Source: Dimorphilus gyrociliatus
Lineage: Eukaryota > Animalia > Annelida
NCBI GenBank assembly: GCA_904063045.1
Contig: CAJFCJ010000007.1
Span: 3,169,404-3,233,403, forward strand
DNA length: 64,000 nt
Reading direction: 5' to 3'
The position numbers and the translations under genes were made by a program. Positions within the stretch are counted from its first letter, which is position 1. The number at the start of each line of letters is the position of its first letter. The notes beneath the pieces were generated by a model. The model did not search any database. It saw only the letters and a list, made by a program, of their open reading frames with translations, and had not been told where the DNA came from. Below are positions 37,615 through 53,742 of the stretch, piece after piece.

Positions 37615-40025
37615 TTAACCTGTGGTTTCAGTTGTACTCTTTTGAGAATCTTCGGGTTTCATTGCGGGAAAGAATAACACTTCCTATTAAAAAAACAATT
37701 AATTAATTTAATTAATTATTACTAAAAACAACAGATTTAGTTTTAAAAATATTTTCTTTACCTTAATGTTGTAATGATTTGTTAAAAACATGGTCAATCT
37801 ATCGATTCCCATACCCCATCCTCCAGTTGGAGGCAGACCATAGTCCAATGCTGTACAAAAATTCTCATCAATAAACATGGCTTCTTCATCACCAGCTGCC
37901 TTATCGTTTGCTTGTGAAGCAAATCTCTCTCTTTGAATTACAGGATCGTTCAATTCTGTATATGCATTGCATATTTCTTTCTTGCAGACAAATAATTCAA
38001 ATCTCTCCGTTAAACCCTTTACGTTCCTATGCCATTTGGCTAATGGACTCATAACTTGAGGATGATTCATTATAAAACATGGATTTATGCACGTCTCCTC
38101 AAGATATTCTCCTACCAACTAAGTTTTTAAAAAAAATATCTCATTAGTTATAGAATAGTTATGTAAGTTTAAAAAAGTATTACTTTATCTAATAAACGAG
38201 CTGTTGTCCTCGGAGGTGAGCATTCTACTCCCTTTTCTACGCATAACTTATCGAGAACTTTGGTTGCATCTGAAAAAATTTCATAGTTTTATTTTATTAA
38301 GATAAAAGTAATTAAATGCTATTCACTTGATATTCCTGGAACGTTTAATTCTTCTGGTGAAGGCAACTTGACACCAAGAATTTTTTCCAAATCTTTGATC
38401 ATATCAATTCGCCTAAATGGTGGAGTAAAGTCGATATCCCATTCTGGTCCTTCAGGGCCTTCAGGATGGAATTTAACTTTATAACCGCCTGTTATATATT
38501 TAACTAGACCCGAGACCATTTTTTCTGTTATATCCAACAAATCATTATAGTCAGCATAAGCCATATAGAATTCACATGTGGTGAATTCTGGATTATGAGT
38601 CATGTCTATGCTTTCATTTCTAAACTGCCTTCCAATTTCATAAACGCGATCCATACCACCGACAACCAACATTTTGTGATATAATTCTGGAGCTATTCTC
38701 ATATATAGGTCCATATTTAGATCATTATGATGAGTAACAAATGGCTTGGCGGTGGCACCTCCTGGAATCATATTCATTAGAGGTGTTTCTACTTCAAGAA
38801 AGCCTTGATCATCCAAAAATTTTCTAATGTATGATACAATTTTTGATCGATTGATGAATGTTTGTCTAACATCATTATTCATCATCAAATCAAGGTATCT
38901 CTGTCGAAAACGAGTTTCCTTATCTCTTAAACCAAAATGTAGCTTTGGAAGTTGATAAAAGCAGGGTGACAATAACTTTATTTCTTTTGGAATGATACTT
39001 AGTTCTCCAGTCTTTGTTTTACCAGGATACCCAACTACTCCAACAATATCTCCTCTCTTTATTACCATATTGTCATCGTCAAATTTATCAGGAATTCCGT
39101 ATTTTTTAGCGTTTGCCATAATTTGAATTTTAACACCCTCGCCCCTCAAATCGTAGAATAGCAAGTGCTGTCCCGATTTTCTTTTCTCTTGAATTCTTCC
39201 TGCAACGGAAACTTCCTCTCCTTCCATTTGAGTGCCTTTTTCAATTTCATTATACTTTTCAATAAAAGCGTCCAATGATAAAGTTACATTGAATTTGTGT
39301 GGATAAGGATTTCCTCCTGATTCCTTTATTTGCTTGATTTGAGTATGTCTGAACCTATAGTATTCCTGTGGTAAAAACATTTAAAAAAGTCATTGTGAGT
39401 CATAAACGCTTTTCTGATGCAATGTAGTGAAAAAGAAAGTAGGCGGATAAAAATTTGTTTACTCGAAAGTTCGAGTTAGGTCATTTATTTTATCAATCAA
39501 TAGCTTACATTTGCATCCAATTCCTCTAAAGCCGCATCACTGTGTTTATTACTAGTTTTATTTTCAGAAGATCCAGCAACGGCAGCAGCGGCAGCTAATT
39601 TAGCTTCTTTCTTTTTCTGCTTTTCAGCTTCCTTTTGTCTTCTTTTAAGTTCACTGAAGTTTTGAATAAAGTATATTAATAATTCTATTGAATACAATTT
39701 GTTTAAGACCTGATGCTAAATCGGCAAACCGAAAGATTGTCTATGATTAAGGAACTACTCCTATAGGAATTTAAAAACCTAGGGGTTCGTCGAAATACTG
39801 AAGATATCATAATCTGAAAAATAATTGACGACTGTTTAAAACGCCTATAAAATATGGAACACGTGGCCATTCTGGCTCGTTTATCCCTATTACAATACAC
39901 AAGATTATTTCCTAAATTTTACTAACTACAACTAAAAATGTCTAGATAAATAGAAACAACTCATATTTGTTGACAAATAGTTACTTTTTACTCAATTTTT
40001 CACCGGTTCCACTGCTATCTGCCAT
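37615..40025 (-). CDS. KARS1: Lysyl-tRNA synthetase with cytosolic exon 1 (40025-39985) and mitochondrial-presequence exon (39870-39710)
   Basis: LSKN|[83 protein letters not shown]. Confidence 0.97.
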
Positions 40026-40269
40026 TTTCAATGATGAAACGCCAAGACCGTAATGTTTCGTCTTTCAGCAATTTTTAGGAAACGCCACCTGGTGTGGGAA
40101 TTCCAATTTTTCTAGTCAGGTTTACAATTTGAACTTCCTTCCTCTGACCTTGACATTTTCAATAAAAAAGAAAGACTCGAATTTGTATAGGAATCTTTGG
40201 TATGCTGTTAATTTTGAAAGCATCGTAGCATCAGGTCAATAAGAAATTGCATAACATTCAAAATCTAAG

Positions 40270-41823
40270 ATGGAAATTGACAAAGAGCCTGAGAACAACT
40301 TTAAAAGTTGTACAACGAAGACAAGTGGTACCGTAAATGTAGCGCATAGTAGTCACGTAATACCAAATGAACAGTTTAAGTTATGCAACAATACTCCCGG
40401 TACGTTAAAATTAACTACTTTTACAAATATTAATGTAATTTATATGCATGTTATTTACAAATTCGCTATTTTTTTGGGCGAAAATTTAAAATTAAATAAT
40501 AGGATGGCATCCTATATTTGGCTAATGTTTTCATACTTTTACTTTAAATATCTTCAGATAAAATAAATGACATCGTTAACTCATTTACAAATGCCACCTC
40601 ATCTATTCAATTGGAAGATAAGCAAGTTCGTTTCAATCTTTTAAATGAGCGTCAGCATAGAGAGCAACCAGGAGCAGTTACGACAAAAGTTCATATAGAC
40701 GATATTCAGGTTACAGAATAGGATAACATTTTATAATTAATTCATTTATAAGTATTTATTTATAATTTTATTCATTTATGAAAAACAGGAAAGCAAAGGA
40801 CATTCCCCAAAAATTTGTCAGCCAGAAGATCAGAATCTCATGGATTTCGATAAAAATGTTCCACATGTAGATGCAGAATCTGCAAATAGTTTATATAAGC
40901 CATTATATATCTCATTAAGCAGTTCAAGTGCAGAAAATCAGAAGCAGAATATGACAGAAAAGAGTTTAATAGCATCAGAAAGTAAAGGACGTGGACGTGG
41001 TAGAGGTAGAGGTAGAGGTAGGGGAAGAGGAAGAGGAAAAAGCAAATATTCCAACGTCAATAGTCCTAAAAGTGAAGAAATAGATGCAATAAATGAAGAA
41101 AAATTAAATGATTCAACAGTCTGTGTTAAACCACAAATAGCTAGAAGAGGAAAGCCATTTGTTTCTGGAAATTACTCAATTAGCGGTCGTCGTTATAAAA
41201 GGCGTCGATTTTCCGATAGTGCCGACGAAGAAAATTTTCAAGAGGAAAAGATATGTCGTAAGGATAATGATATCTGTCTAAATTGTACTTGTCCAATCCA
41301 TATAAACAAATTTCGAAGAGCAATGACAACTTTAGAGAATCTTCGACGAAGTGTTCGAGATTTTATATTTACCATGATTCGAGTTGACGAAGATACTCTA
41401 TATTGTACTGAGGTCATCGATGAATTTACAAAGCAGATAAATGACATTACTCAAGACAGAAAATCAACTGTTATAGCTTTAAATCTTGATACTGATATTA
41501 AATTAGAAGATTTACGATGTTCTGTAAATATTTGTTCATCTCCGAAAAAGTGTATTAATCAGCTAAAAGCGGACATTAAACAACTTCTGAAATTTACTTT
41601 AGAAGAAGATATCTCCCATAGGATAATATCATCAACTCTTTTAGATTTTTATGCTAATCATTTGAAAAATACTACAAACGAAATTGATAAATTAGACGAA
41701 TCGAGTGAAACTACTCAAAATGAATTAACCAATGAAACGCTACCATCTCTAAGCGAGAGGGTCATACACGAAATGGCTTCGAATGGAATGTTAGACAAGA
41801 AATTTTGTAAAATCTACAAATGA
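40270..41823 (+). CDS. Orphan ~420-aa protein with (GR)8 tract and basic NLS-like segment (3 exons)
   Basis: Phase-compatible exons 40270-40399, 40558-~40709 and ~40789-41823. The last exon is a ~340-codon open frame. No family recognised. Confidence 0.7.
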
Positions 41824-42101
41824 TAGAAAATTATTAAATAATTAGTTTTTCATGTTTTTAGCTATAAAAAAATTTACAGTTTTATTTTGTTTATAAAAGT
41901 TTTTGATATCTATTTTCGTACAAAAGACAATGTTTTGTTTTCTTTTTGCACTTAAATATCATTTTATTCTTTTTTATTATGAAATTATTTAAAGTTTATA
42001 TATTTTAACAATTATTTTTGATAGTTTTTGGTCTCTTTCTAATAAAGGTTTGTGTTCAAAAAATTCTTAGAAACTTGTTACAACATCTTCCAAATAATTG
42101 C

Positions 42102-42104
<3 letters not shown>

Positions 42105-42138
<34 letters not shown>
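42105..42138. repeat. (TA)n microsatellite
   Basis: Read directly. Similar TA tracts occur at 11162-11185 and 31052-31075. Confidence 0.95.
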
Positions 42139-42144
<6 letters not shown>

Positions 42145-42315
42145 GAATATTAAATTAAAGGGCTCAAACTTCCATTCAATTGTGGTGCTTCATATCAAAT
42201 TCTACACTCAAATAATTTTGTTTGAATAGCGACATCTAGTGTATCCAAAATTGGTTGCAAAAATATTTGGCACTTACTTGTTGGTGGCTGGCTGATTGTT
42301 AGATCTGCATTGAAA

Positions 42316-44637
<2,322 letters not shown>

Positions 44638-44716
44638 GAAAAGTATCATTTGAAGGCAATATTAGCAATTTTACCCATCTCTCTTGCACGCTGTATCATT
44701 CTTTCATTCACTCTTT

Positions 44717-44718
<2 letters not shown>

Positions 44719-44753
<35 letters not shown>
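44719..44753. repeat. (CT)n microsatellite downstream of KMO
   Basis: Read directly. A shorter (CT)n tract lies at ~12315-12334. Confidence 0.95.
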
Positions 44754-44756
<3 letters not shown>

Positions 44757-46059
44757 TTTGCTGAACACAACAGAAGCATTAGCTATTTTTACAAAATAAT
44801 CTGTAGAAGAGTTTTACTTTTAGTACTAAATTTTTAATGAAGCAATAAAGCAATAATAAATATTATGGGGTAATCTTGAATATTTCATAATTTACTTACA
44901 AGTACTTTCTACTGGTGATATGTTCATAATTTTTTATTCTATTATATTTTGATATTTCACATTTTCGCCTCTGCTCTTCAATATATATTATTAATAAGAT
45001 TCCTTTTGCATATTTAGACATTATTTTTAATATCATTTCAAAACCCTTATCGAATGTTTTCCAGTCCTCTTCAAAGAATGTTTTAGGATGTTTATTTCGG
45101 GAAAGATTATTAAACATCAAAATACCGATTACAATGTAATGACGTAATTTTTTGCTAACGTTTCACTCTCCTGAACTTACTTTAAATTTCTTATTTATAA
45201 ATTAACCTTTATAAATGACCTTTTTATGGTCTTAATACGTTAAAAGCCAGTTATTATCTCATTTAAATAATGGTAGAGATACTATATACAAAATATAGAA
45301 TATCTTAATTCAATATTTTTAAGAATACGAAGAAGAAACTGTTTTAACATGTAACATGTAAATTTGTTTAGCCACCTCATCAATGAAAATTACGTCATCT
45401 AATGAATAAATAATGAATTAGAATTCTTCTCGAAAAGGCGATAATTCAATTATTTCGTTGTTATGTTCCAAGAAAATGAATACAATCGAAATAGTCAATT
45501 TTTATAAATGTTAATAATTGAGTTCAGTGCTATTACAGAAAAATATCATATATTTTTGATTTGACATTTTACTTATAATATTAGTGTTTTATCATTGTTT
45601 ATTTAATTATTCCTGTAAATTACGAATGTTATTATTACAGTTAATTAGTTTTTTCCATTTTAACATATAGTATTAATTTATATTTTTATACGATTCTTTT
45701 TGTTTGAAGCTCTTTTTCTGTTTTATCTTGAAACATCTTGCATTGAATAGAAAATGAAATAGATCATGTTACGAATCGTGTCAATTTTCATGAAATTTTA
45801 AATTAGTATGTACCTAGAATACTGAAAACGAATTCTATTTAACTTGAGGTGGCGTTGTGGAATTTACCAGTTTATTTTTAGGCTATGTTTTACGAAGGAG
45901 TAGGCAAAACACTCGTTACCCGTCAAGAAAATTTGCGTATATTCGACGAATACTGACCGGTTGTTTTTGGAATATATCGTCGCAGTTGCGTTTAATTATT
46001 CAATCGAGAGCTAAGATTTCGATCTTAGATTTTAATATTTTGTTTTAATTTGATAATAA

Positions 46060-48748
46060 ATGCCTGGACGAAGTAGGAGCCCCTCGGAGGGAAGGGATCG
46101 AGGAGATACTCAAGATGAACGTCGACGTAAGCGATCTAGAAGTAAGGAAAGGCGACGAAGAAGTCGTTCAAAAGAGCGAAGAAGAAGTCGCTCAAATTCA
46201 AAAGAACGAAGAAACCGCAGAGGCTCCAGGGACCGGTCACGAGAGAGAAAACGAAGACGTTCTCGATCCCGGTCACCTACTCGACGCCGGCGAAGTCGAT
46301 CAAGAAGTAATGAACGACGTAAACGACGTAGAAGTAGATCATTAAGCGATGACCGTAAGGCTACAGAAAACGGTGCTGAGAAAGACTCAAAAAATAAAGA
46401 AGAACATAAAGAAGAAAAGGAAGTTAAGGAGGAAAAAGAAAAAAGAGTTCCACTATCTTTAGAAGAAATATTAGAAAAGAAAAAAGCTGAGGAAGCAGCT
46501 CTTAGTAAAGTAATTACAAGTATTATAAAATAAGTCTAGGTAATTAACTATAATATTGCTTTTTTACAGCCAAAGTTTCTTTCGAAAGAGGAAAGAACCA
46601 AACTAGCCTTACAGAAAAGACAATTAGAAGTAGAGACTCAAAGAGCAGCGCAAGAAGAGGCACGTAAAAAGCATCATGCTTTTTTACAAGAAGCCAAATA
46701 CGGCGCAGGTAAATTACCAAATTTTTTTACGATTTCTATGATCTTGATATAATCGGTTAAAAATTTACAGAGGATAACTTTGAAAGAGAAAGACGTGAAA
46801 GAAGGGAAAGACGGGATAGGGAACGCGAACGCGAACGGGAACGTGAACGGGACCGAGATCGGGATAGGGATCGGGATCGCGACAGAGATAGAAACCGTAC
46901 GAAAGTCCCTCATGCTGATATCGTTGAAGGAGGAAATGTCAAAGATCAAGAAAAAGCCTTTGATGCTATAAAAGTATGTGATATTTTATTCCTTTTTAAA
47001 TGATGAGATGGTTAATTAAAGATGTTTGTTTTTCCTAGGAAAGATATCTTGGTCAAATAAGAAAAAAGAAAAAAGTTCGTCGTTTGAATGACAGAAAATT
47101 TTTATTTGATTGGGATCAGGGAGAAGATACATCAACTGATTATAATCCTATATATAAGGCCAAACATCAAGTTCAGTTTTTTGGTAGAGGAAGTTTAGCA
47201 GGAATAGATTTAAAGTCTCAAAAAAAAGAGCAAGGAAAATTTTATGGTGAACTTTTAGAGAAACGCCGAACAATTGAAGAGAAAGATCAGGAAAGTATAA
47301 GACTAAATAATATTGCCAAGAAAGAAGCTAAATTGAAATGGGATGAACGCCATTGGTCTGAAAAGCCTTTGGATGAGATGACTGATAGAGATTGGAGAAT
47401 ATTTAAAGAAGATTTTGCAATATCTTGTAAAGGAGGCAGTATTCCTAAACCGATAAGAAATTGGAAAGAGGCTGACATTAGGGATGCTTTGATTACTGTT
47501 ATAAATAAAATAGGATATAAGGAGCCAACACCTATTCAGAGACAAGCCATTGCTATTGGTTTACAAAATAGAGATATTATAGGTGTGGCAGAAACAGGTT
47601 CAGGAAAAACCGCTGCGTTTCTCATACCCTTGCTGCAATGGATCGAATCTTTACCAAAAATCGAAAGAATGGAAGACGCTGATCAGGGTCCCTATGCAAT
47701 TATTCTTGCTCCAACTCGTGAATTAGCCCAGCAGATAGAAGAGGAAACTTTGAAGTTTGGTGGTCCTTTGGGAATTCGTACTGTAGCCATTATCGGTGGT
47801 ATATCCAGAGAAGAACAGGGATTTAAATTACGACAAGGCTGTGAGATCGTTATTGCTACACCCGGGCGTCTGATCGATGTTCTCGAAAACCGATATCTTG
47901 TTTTAAGTCGATGTACCTACGTCGTTATGGACGAAGCTGACAGAATGATTGATATGGGTTTTGAACCTGAAGTTCAAAAGATCTTGGAATATTTACCCGT
48001 TACTAATCAAAAACCAGATACAGACGATGCGGAAGATGTCCAAAAGTTGATGGAGAATTTTTACACCAAATCTAAATATAGACAAACCGTTATGTTCACA
48101 GCTACTATGCCTCCGGCAGTAGAACGTCTTGCTCGCACTTACCTAAGGCGACCAGCCATTGTTTATATAGGTTCAGCAGGTAAACCTACTGAACGAGTCA
48201 AACAAATAGTGCACTTAATATCTGAGCAAGAAAAACGTAAAAAGTTATTGGCAATTCTTGATGAAGGTATCGAACCACCTATTATTATTTTTGTCAATCA
48301 AAAGAAGGGTGCTGACGTTCTTGCTAAGTCTCTAGAGAAGATGGGATATTTAGCTTGCACGTTGCACGGAGGAAAAGGTCAAGAACAAAGAGAATACGCT
48401 TTAGCCTCACTTAAGGGTGGACACAAACATATTTTAGTGGCTACAGACGTTGCCGGAAGAGGTATTGACATTAAGGACGTTTCACTTGTCATCAATTACG
48501 ATATGGCTAAGTCGATCGAAGATTATACACATAGAATAGGAAGAACAGGCAGAGCTGGTAAAGAGGGAACTGCAGTGACCTTTTTAACAAAAGATGACTC
48601 TACAGTTTTCTACGAATTGAAACAGTGTATTTTGGAGTCTCCAGTATCGAATTGTCCGCCAGAATTAGCTAACCACCCAGACGCACAGCACAAGCCTGGA
48701 ATTGTCGTGACAAAGAAAAGACGTGAAGAAACAGTTTATATATGTTGA
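46060..48748 (+). CDS. DDX23: U5 snRNP DEAD-box helicase DDX23/Prp28 with N-terminal RS and RE/RD repeats
   Basis: [55 protein letters not shown]. Confidence 0.97.
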
Positions 48749-49469
48749 CATTTAGTGTTGACACACTGTTCGATTATAAGGAAGGAATCTAATTAAGAAT
48801 ACACCTAATTTTCCAACTAGATCGACTTTTCGGGTTTAACTAAACAAATCGACTGGAGTAGCAAATTACAAGGGAAATTAGCTTCGATTCTTAGTTGGTT
48901 ATCCATCAGATGAAAAATCTTTATACCTTTTAACTCTGTCCAATTATAGCCCAAAAATAAACGACCTCTGGTGAACAAACTAATTCCCAAGAATTTCCGC
49001 CACTTAACCAATATGGTTAATTCCTTCCACATTATAAACTTCTCGATATAGGCTTTTAGGGAAATGTACAAAAAAAAATAGGAATATTATTTTATTAAAT
49101 TATTTAGCGCGAAAATATGCAATAAAATGTTTTTCCCTGCTTTATGCCAGCGTTACTAAATATGGAAAGTTCAAGTTGCATTCTAACAATAGATGCTGAT
49201 ACAAACCAGCTGATCTAGTAAATAAAATCAATATGTTGAAAACAGGAAAAGGTATCGATAATGATGATAAAATTGAAAGAAAAAAAAGGGGAAAATTTTT
49301 CACTATCTCTAGTCAAGTTGACTCGATAATTTAGGAGGCTTCCTATCAAACTCTAAGGTTTACTCATCAGCGAGTACGACTTCGTCTTTGCTGATTTATA
49401 TTGACAGACCTTCTCACTCTCAAATTTGCACGACGACGTTTAACTTCCCCTTCTTTCCTTTCAAACAAT

Positions 49470-52400
49470 ATGGGCGTTACAATGAAAAGTGAATCTGCTT
49501 GCTTAATATATTCTGTTCTTGTATTGGCTATTCAAAGGGTAAGCGACTCGTTGTTTTACTGTCCACTTTCATATCCATTAGCTGTCGTATCGACCTAATG
49601 TATAGGCCTTTTCTGTTATTTTTTTATATTTTTTATCCTCTATTTATCAACATCTGACAAATATATATTCCCCAAACGAAAAACAAACTAATTCCACGTA
49701 ATGTGCTGGACGATTTTCTTTCTTCCAGAACCTTTTTTTTGACCTTTTTTGGATCATTTTACAGCAATAAGCAATTCAATTAGGATTAAACATCATGAAA
49801 ACTCTTAAGAGGAAGAATTTTATATTTTTATTCATCTATCCTTCTCTCTATCTGTTCATCTATCTATCTATCTATAGATTCATCCATCAATCTATATCTA
49901 ACTCTTCTTTAAAAATGCTAATTACTCCTATAAAATAAAGATGTTATATTTTTTTCAATGAGTGGAACAACAGATAATTTATAATTGGATATTTATACAC
50001 CAGTATAGCATTTTAGTCAATTCGTGCTGTCTTTATAATACTAATTAAAGATAAATACAACATATAATATATGTATGGAAGTGTAATGCATAGCTATCAC
50101 TGTAAGCCTATATACTGTGCTATGACCGCGCTTCATTTTTTCAATATACAAGTATGTACAGATGTTTAGGAATTATTATACGAAGAGTCGCCTTTCAGCT
50201 GATTGAGAAGAGTTGAATATCAACTAAGAATATACAAATAAATTTTATTGAATATTCATAAAATATAGAAATAAGAATCTCTGTTTCTAAAGAGAAAAAT
50301 ATCTAACAAGAGGCAAACTGGGAGACAGAGAGAGAGGGAGAAAAGATAGAGAATTGGCAATTTATGGGATGGAGAGAAGACTTCACTCGATTACGAAGTA
50401 CGTATTAAGTTATTGCCCTCCTTTACGTAGGTTATAATTCGTGCAGAAGAAACTACTGTTTATTCGGATATCGCTAAGAAAATGGGAAACATCTGTGGTA
50501 ATCGGGCTACAAGTGTCGTGAAAATATTTTGAAAACTATATAGTCTATTTATAGAATTTTGTTTTTTAAACCAGATGTTTAGACCTGTAGGTAAATAGGG
50601 GTTGAACAGAGAGAGGTACAAAAAGTTTTGGAAAACTGGCCGATTGAAGGCCTACGTATGAATATGGGGTAAAGAGCAGGTGAATGGTGTGGAAAGGAAA
50701 TCCCCCCGACCCCCTACATAAAAATTTGAATGGCGCTAGAAGTTTTTTTTTGAATTGATTGTTTGCTTTCCAGTTTCAGCATCCGAAAATATCACGTATT
50801 TATTGTTGACGCTCTTTTTCTATATACGAAAATCGGGGTAAATGCATAGCCCAAGGCCTATATGGCCAGTCAGGCTGTCGCCAACTTTGTTACAGTATTC
50901 GATCTACCTCTCCCCACATCCCTCTCCGCACCAACTAACCCGCTTGCATCGTTTTATTCCAACTCTTTATTATCGCCCCCCTCGTCAGAGAATAAATATG
51001 TTTCATTACATAAGTTTTACATTATCAACTAATTTAAAAAAAAAACAGCAACAGTAAATCGATTATTTTTCTAGTAGTAAAATACTTTTATAAACTTGAA
51101 AGTACTTGACACTATCCAACGTTTAACGGCATCATAAAAAATAGATATTTTTGATCCGTTCTCATGATATCTGACCTGCCATTTAGAAGTTTTTTGCAAC
51201 TAACTTAATAAACGTAATTATTTTGTGAGCCTTTAATTCGAGGATAGAGATTTTTTTTTGCATTTAACGGCTGCGGAAAATGTTTGGTTTCCCGATCAGT
51301 CGTTGGTCGGCGCTGGGCTCGGTCGTAGTCACTTTTAAAAAAAACAGAGACAGAGAGAGAACGAGACAGGGAGAGAGAAACGTATACATATAGAGTTTGA
51401 AGATCTGAAGTAGAGTGTTGTAGAGGCAGAGAGGGATAATAGTACAATAGAAGATTGAAGAAACGTTTATCATGTTTGATATACTGTCATTGGAAGGGAA
51501 GTAAGACAGCAAATAACCGCGTATCTATTTGATGAGAAAGAACTATCTCTCCATAGTACGCTTGAAGAAAATTCATCCGGTTAAAACGATTAAGATATAT
51601 ATGTTTGTGCAAGCTTTGACAGATGTTTTCCGCATGTACTGATTTTTTTCTTTGTTTTTTGGAAACATAAAAACAGGCGACGACAAATAAGTTTGCTGTT
51701 CTAAGCGTCGGAATGATACCGAATGACATCAAAAAGTCACTGGAGAAAGAGTGCAATAGAACGATTCTTGCTCAACCTCCTCCCAACAATACCAATGGTA
51801 AATTTATTACATTTTACGTTTATTAGGTTTTATTTAAATTTAGTTAATTTCTATAAAGTTAAGAAATTCTCAGACACGATTTTCTATCTAGAATCAATTA
51901 ACGATCGATGTTTTCGAGCGTAAGTCCAAATTACGTGTTAACTTTAAGTAACGTGTCGGGAAAGTGTACAAAGCACGTACTGCAAAATTACTGCGTGACT
52001 TACCTCCACTCTCTTAGAGGCAAGAAATTTCGTGCTATTAGTGAATTATACATGTCATGTCTCATGAATATTAATTCATATATATTTATGTATACATTTA
52101 TATGTATGCACAGGTAAAGTTTACTGCCCAGCGGTATTCGACGGATTGTCTTGCTTCAATTATACTCTAGCTTCTGAAAAGGCCTACGTTCAATGTCCAA
52201 GCTTCGTGGAAGGGTTTGATTCGACTCGTAAGTTTTATTTATTTTCTTTTCTCTCTCTCTTTTTTTTTAGACATATAAATAGAGCAGTAAAATTAAATAA
52301 CAATGGAAAAGAATATTTTTATTTCATTAAAAATTCTGTGTATTTTCCATCAAAAAAACAAAAAAGAAAAAAAAACTTACGTGAATTTTGTCAAATTTCC

Positions 52401-53666
52401 AATTAGTAAAAGGATTCAAACAATGCATGGAGGACGGCAAATGGTACATTTCTCCGTATAATAATAGTTGGACCAATTATACCGGCTGTATTTCATTCGT
52501 CGATCTGCAGCATGATAGAGCAAGAATAAGGATTTTCACCGTTGGATACGCACTATCTGTTGCTTGTCTTGTAATCGCTTTGATAATATTTTTCTATTTC
52601 AAGTTAGTGTTAAAATATGATATTTCTTTCTTTTCATGATTTATAATTAATCCTTTGTTAATCTACTTAATATTGTTAATTAGACAGTTGCAATGCGACC
52701 GAGTTACCGTTCATAAGAACCTATTCACTTCCTATATCCTGACTGGATTGGCTTGGATTGCTTATTACAATGCAGTCTCCATCTGCCCTGAAGTACTTTC
52801 GCAAAATCCTGTTTGGTGTCGACTATTACATATTCTTACGCAGTATTTTACTGCCAGTAACTACTTTTGGATGCTTTGCGAAGGACTGTTCTTACATACT
52901 CTTATTGTATTCGCCTTCGTCTCTGTCAAGAAACTCTTAGCGGCCTGTTGTATTCTTGGTTGGCTAGTTCCACTGGCCCTGACAATAATATACGGTCTGT
53001 CCAGACAAATATCCACCAGCCACGACAGTAAGAAAAAGTAAGACTTCCCTTCAATAAACCTTTCATTGTTCAGGTTTCAATAGTATAAATGTTTCGCTTA
53101 GTTGCTGGGTGCACGACCACGCGATTCAATGGATTATCTCGGGACCTGCCCTCTTTTCTATCATCTTAAACTTGATATTCCTGTGCAACATTGTTCGGGT
53201 ACTTGTCACTAAGATTCGCGCTCTCAACGACACCAATGCTGAACAGTACAAAAAAGCTGCAAGAGCTACTTTAATACTAATTCCTTTGCTTGGTTTACAT
53301 TATTTTATCATACCATTTAAACCAAAAAATGATTCACCCCTACTGCACGTTTACTTGTTCACCGGAGCTATTATAACTAGTACACAAGGCTTTTTTGTAA
53401 CACTAATCTATTGTTTTTTGAACGGCGAAGTTATTGCCTGTCTAAAGAGAAAATATTACCAACGTCAAGTTATGAAGGGTCGCTTTAATCATACTCAGGT
53501 TAACGTTAGTGTAAGATAAATATTTAAATACATCTTATCTTATTGACACCCTCGACAGATAACGGAAGCAGCGTCAGCGGTAACGACGCCTAACGTTGAA
53601 CTTATTCAAAGTCCAGGACGAAAAGATGTCGATGAAGTTAAAGTGTGCATGCTACGCGACGAATAA
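49470..53666 (+). CDS. Class B (secretin-family) GPCR, calcitonin/CGRP/DH31-receptor-like; 5' exons tentative
   Basis: Extracellular domain YCPAVFDG..C..CP..C..GKW..WTNYTGC. TM motifs GYALS, LQCDRVTVHKNLF, NYFWMLCEG, GWLVP, KAARATLILIPLLG, QGFFV..YCFLNGEV. A signal-like exon lies at 49470-49538. Confidence 0.9.
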
Positions 53667-53742
53667 TACGCTTAGTATTTCGTGAAAAAAATATATAAAA
53701 AAAGAGTAACTGAATGTTGTGTTGTACTACATAATTCTGTAC

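Noticed and set aside
9794-40160. TCAAGGTCA (ERR/FTZ-F1-type) sites at ~9794 and ~40144
   Set aside because: Only two perfect 9-mers were noticed, which is too few to separate from chance without a motif scan.
46115-46949. ORFs 46115-46345 (+), 46780-46971 (+) and 46674-46949 (-)
   Set aside because: Alternative-frame or antisense shadows of the DDX23 RS and RE/RD repeats.
48817-49181. Two-exon minus-strand ORF (MQLELSIF-TYIEKF...) between DDX23 and the GPCR
   Set aside because: Phase-compatible but with no recognisable motif or coding-like bias, so there is insufficient support.
51891-51918. 28-nt cassette (TCTAG|...|GTAAGT) in a GPCR intron that would create a stop
   Set aside because: Splice-like signals of this quality arise by chance in AT-rich introns, and there is no supporting context.
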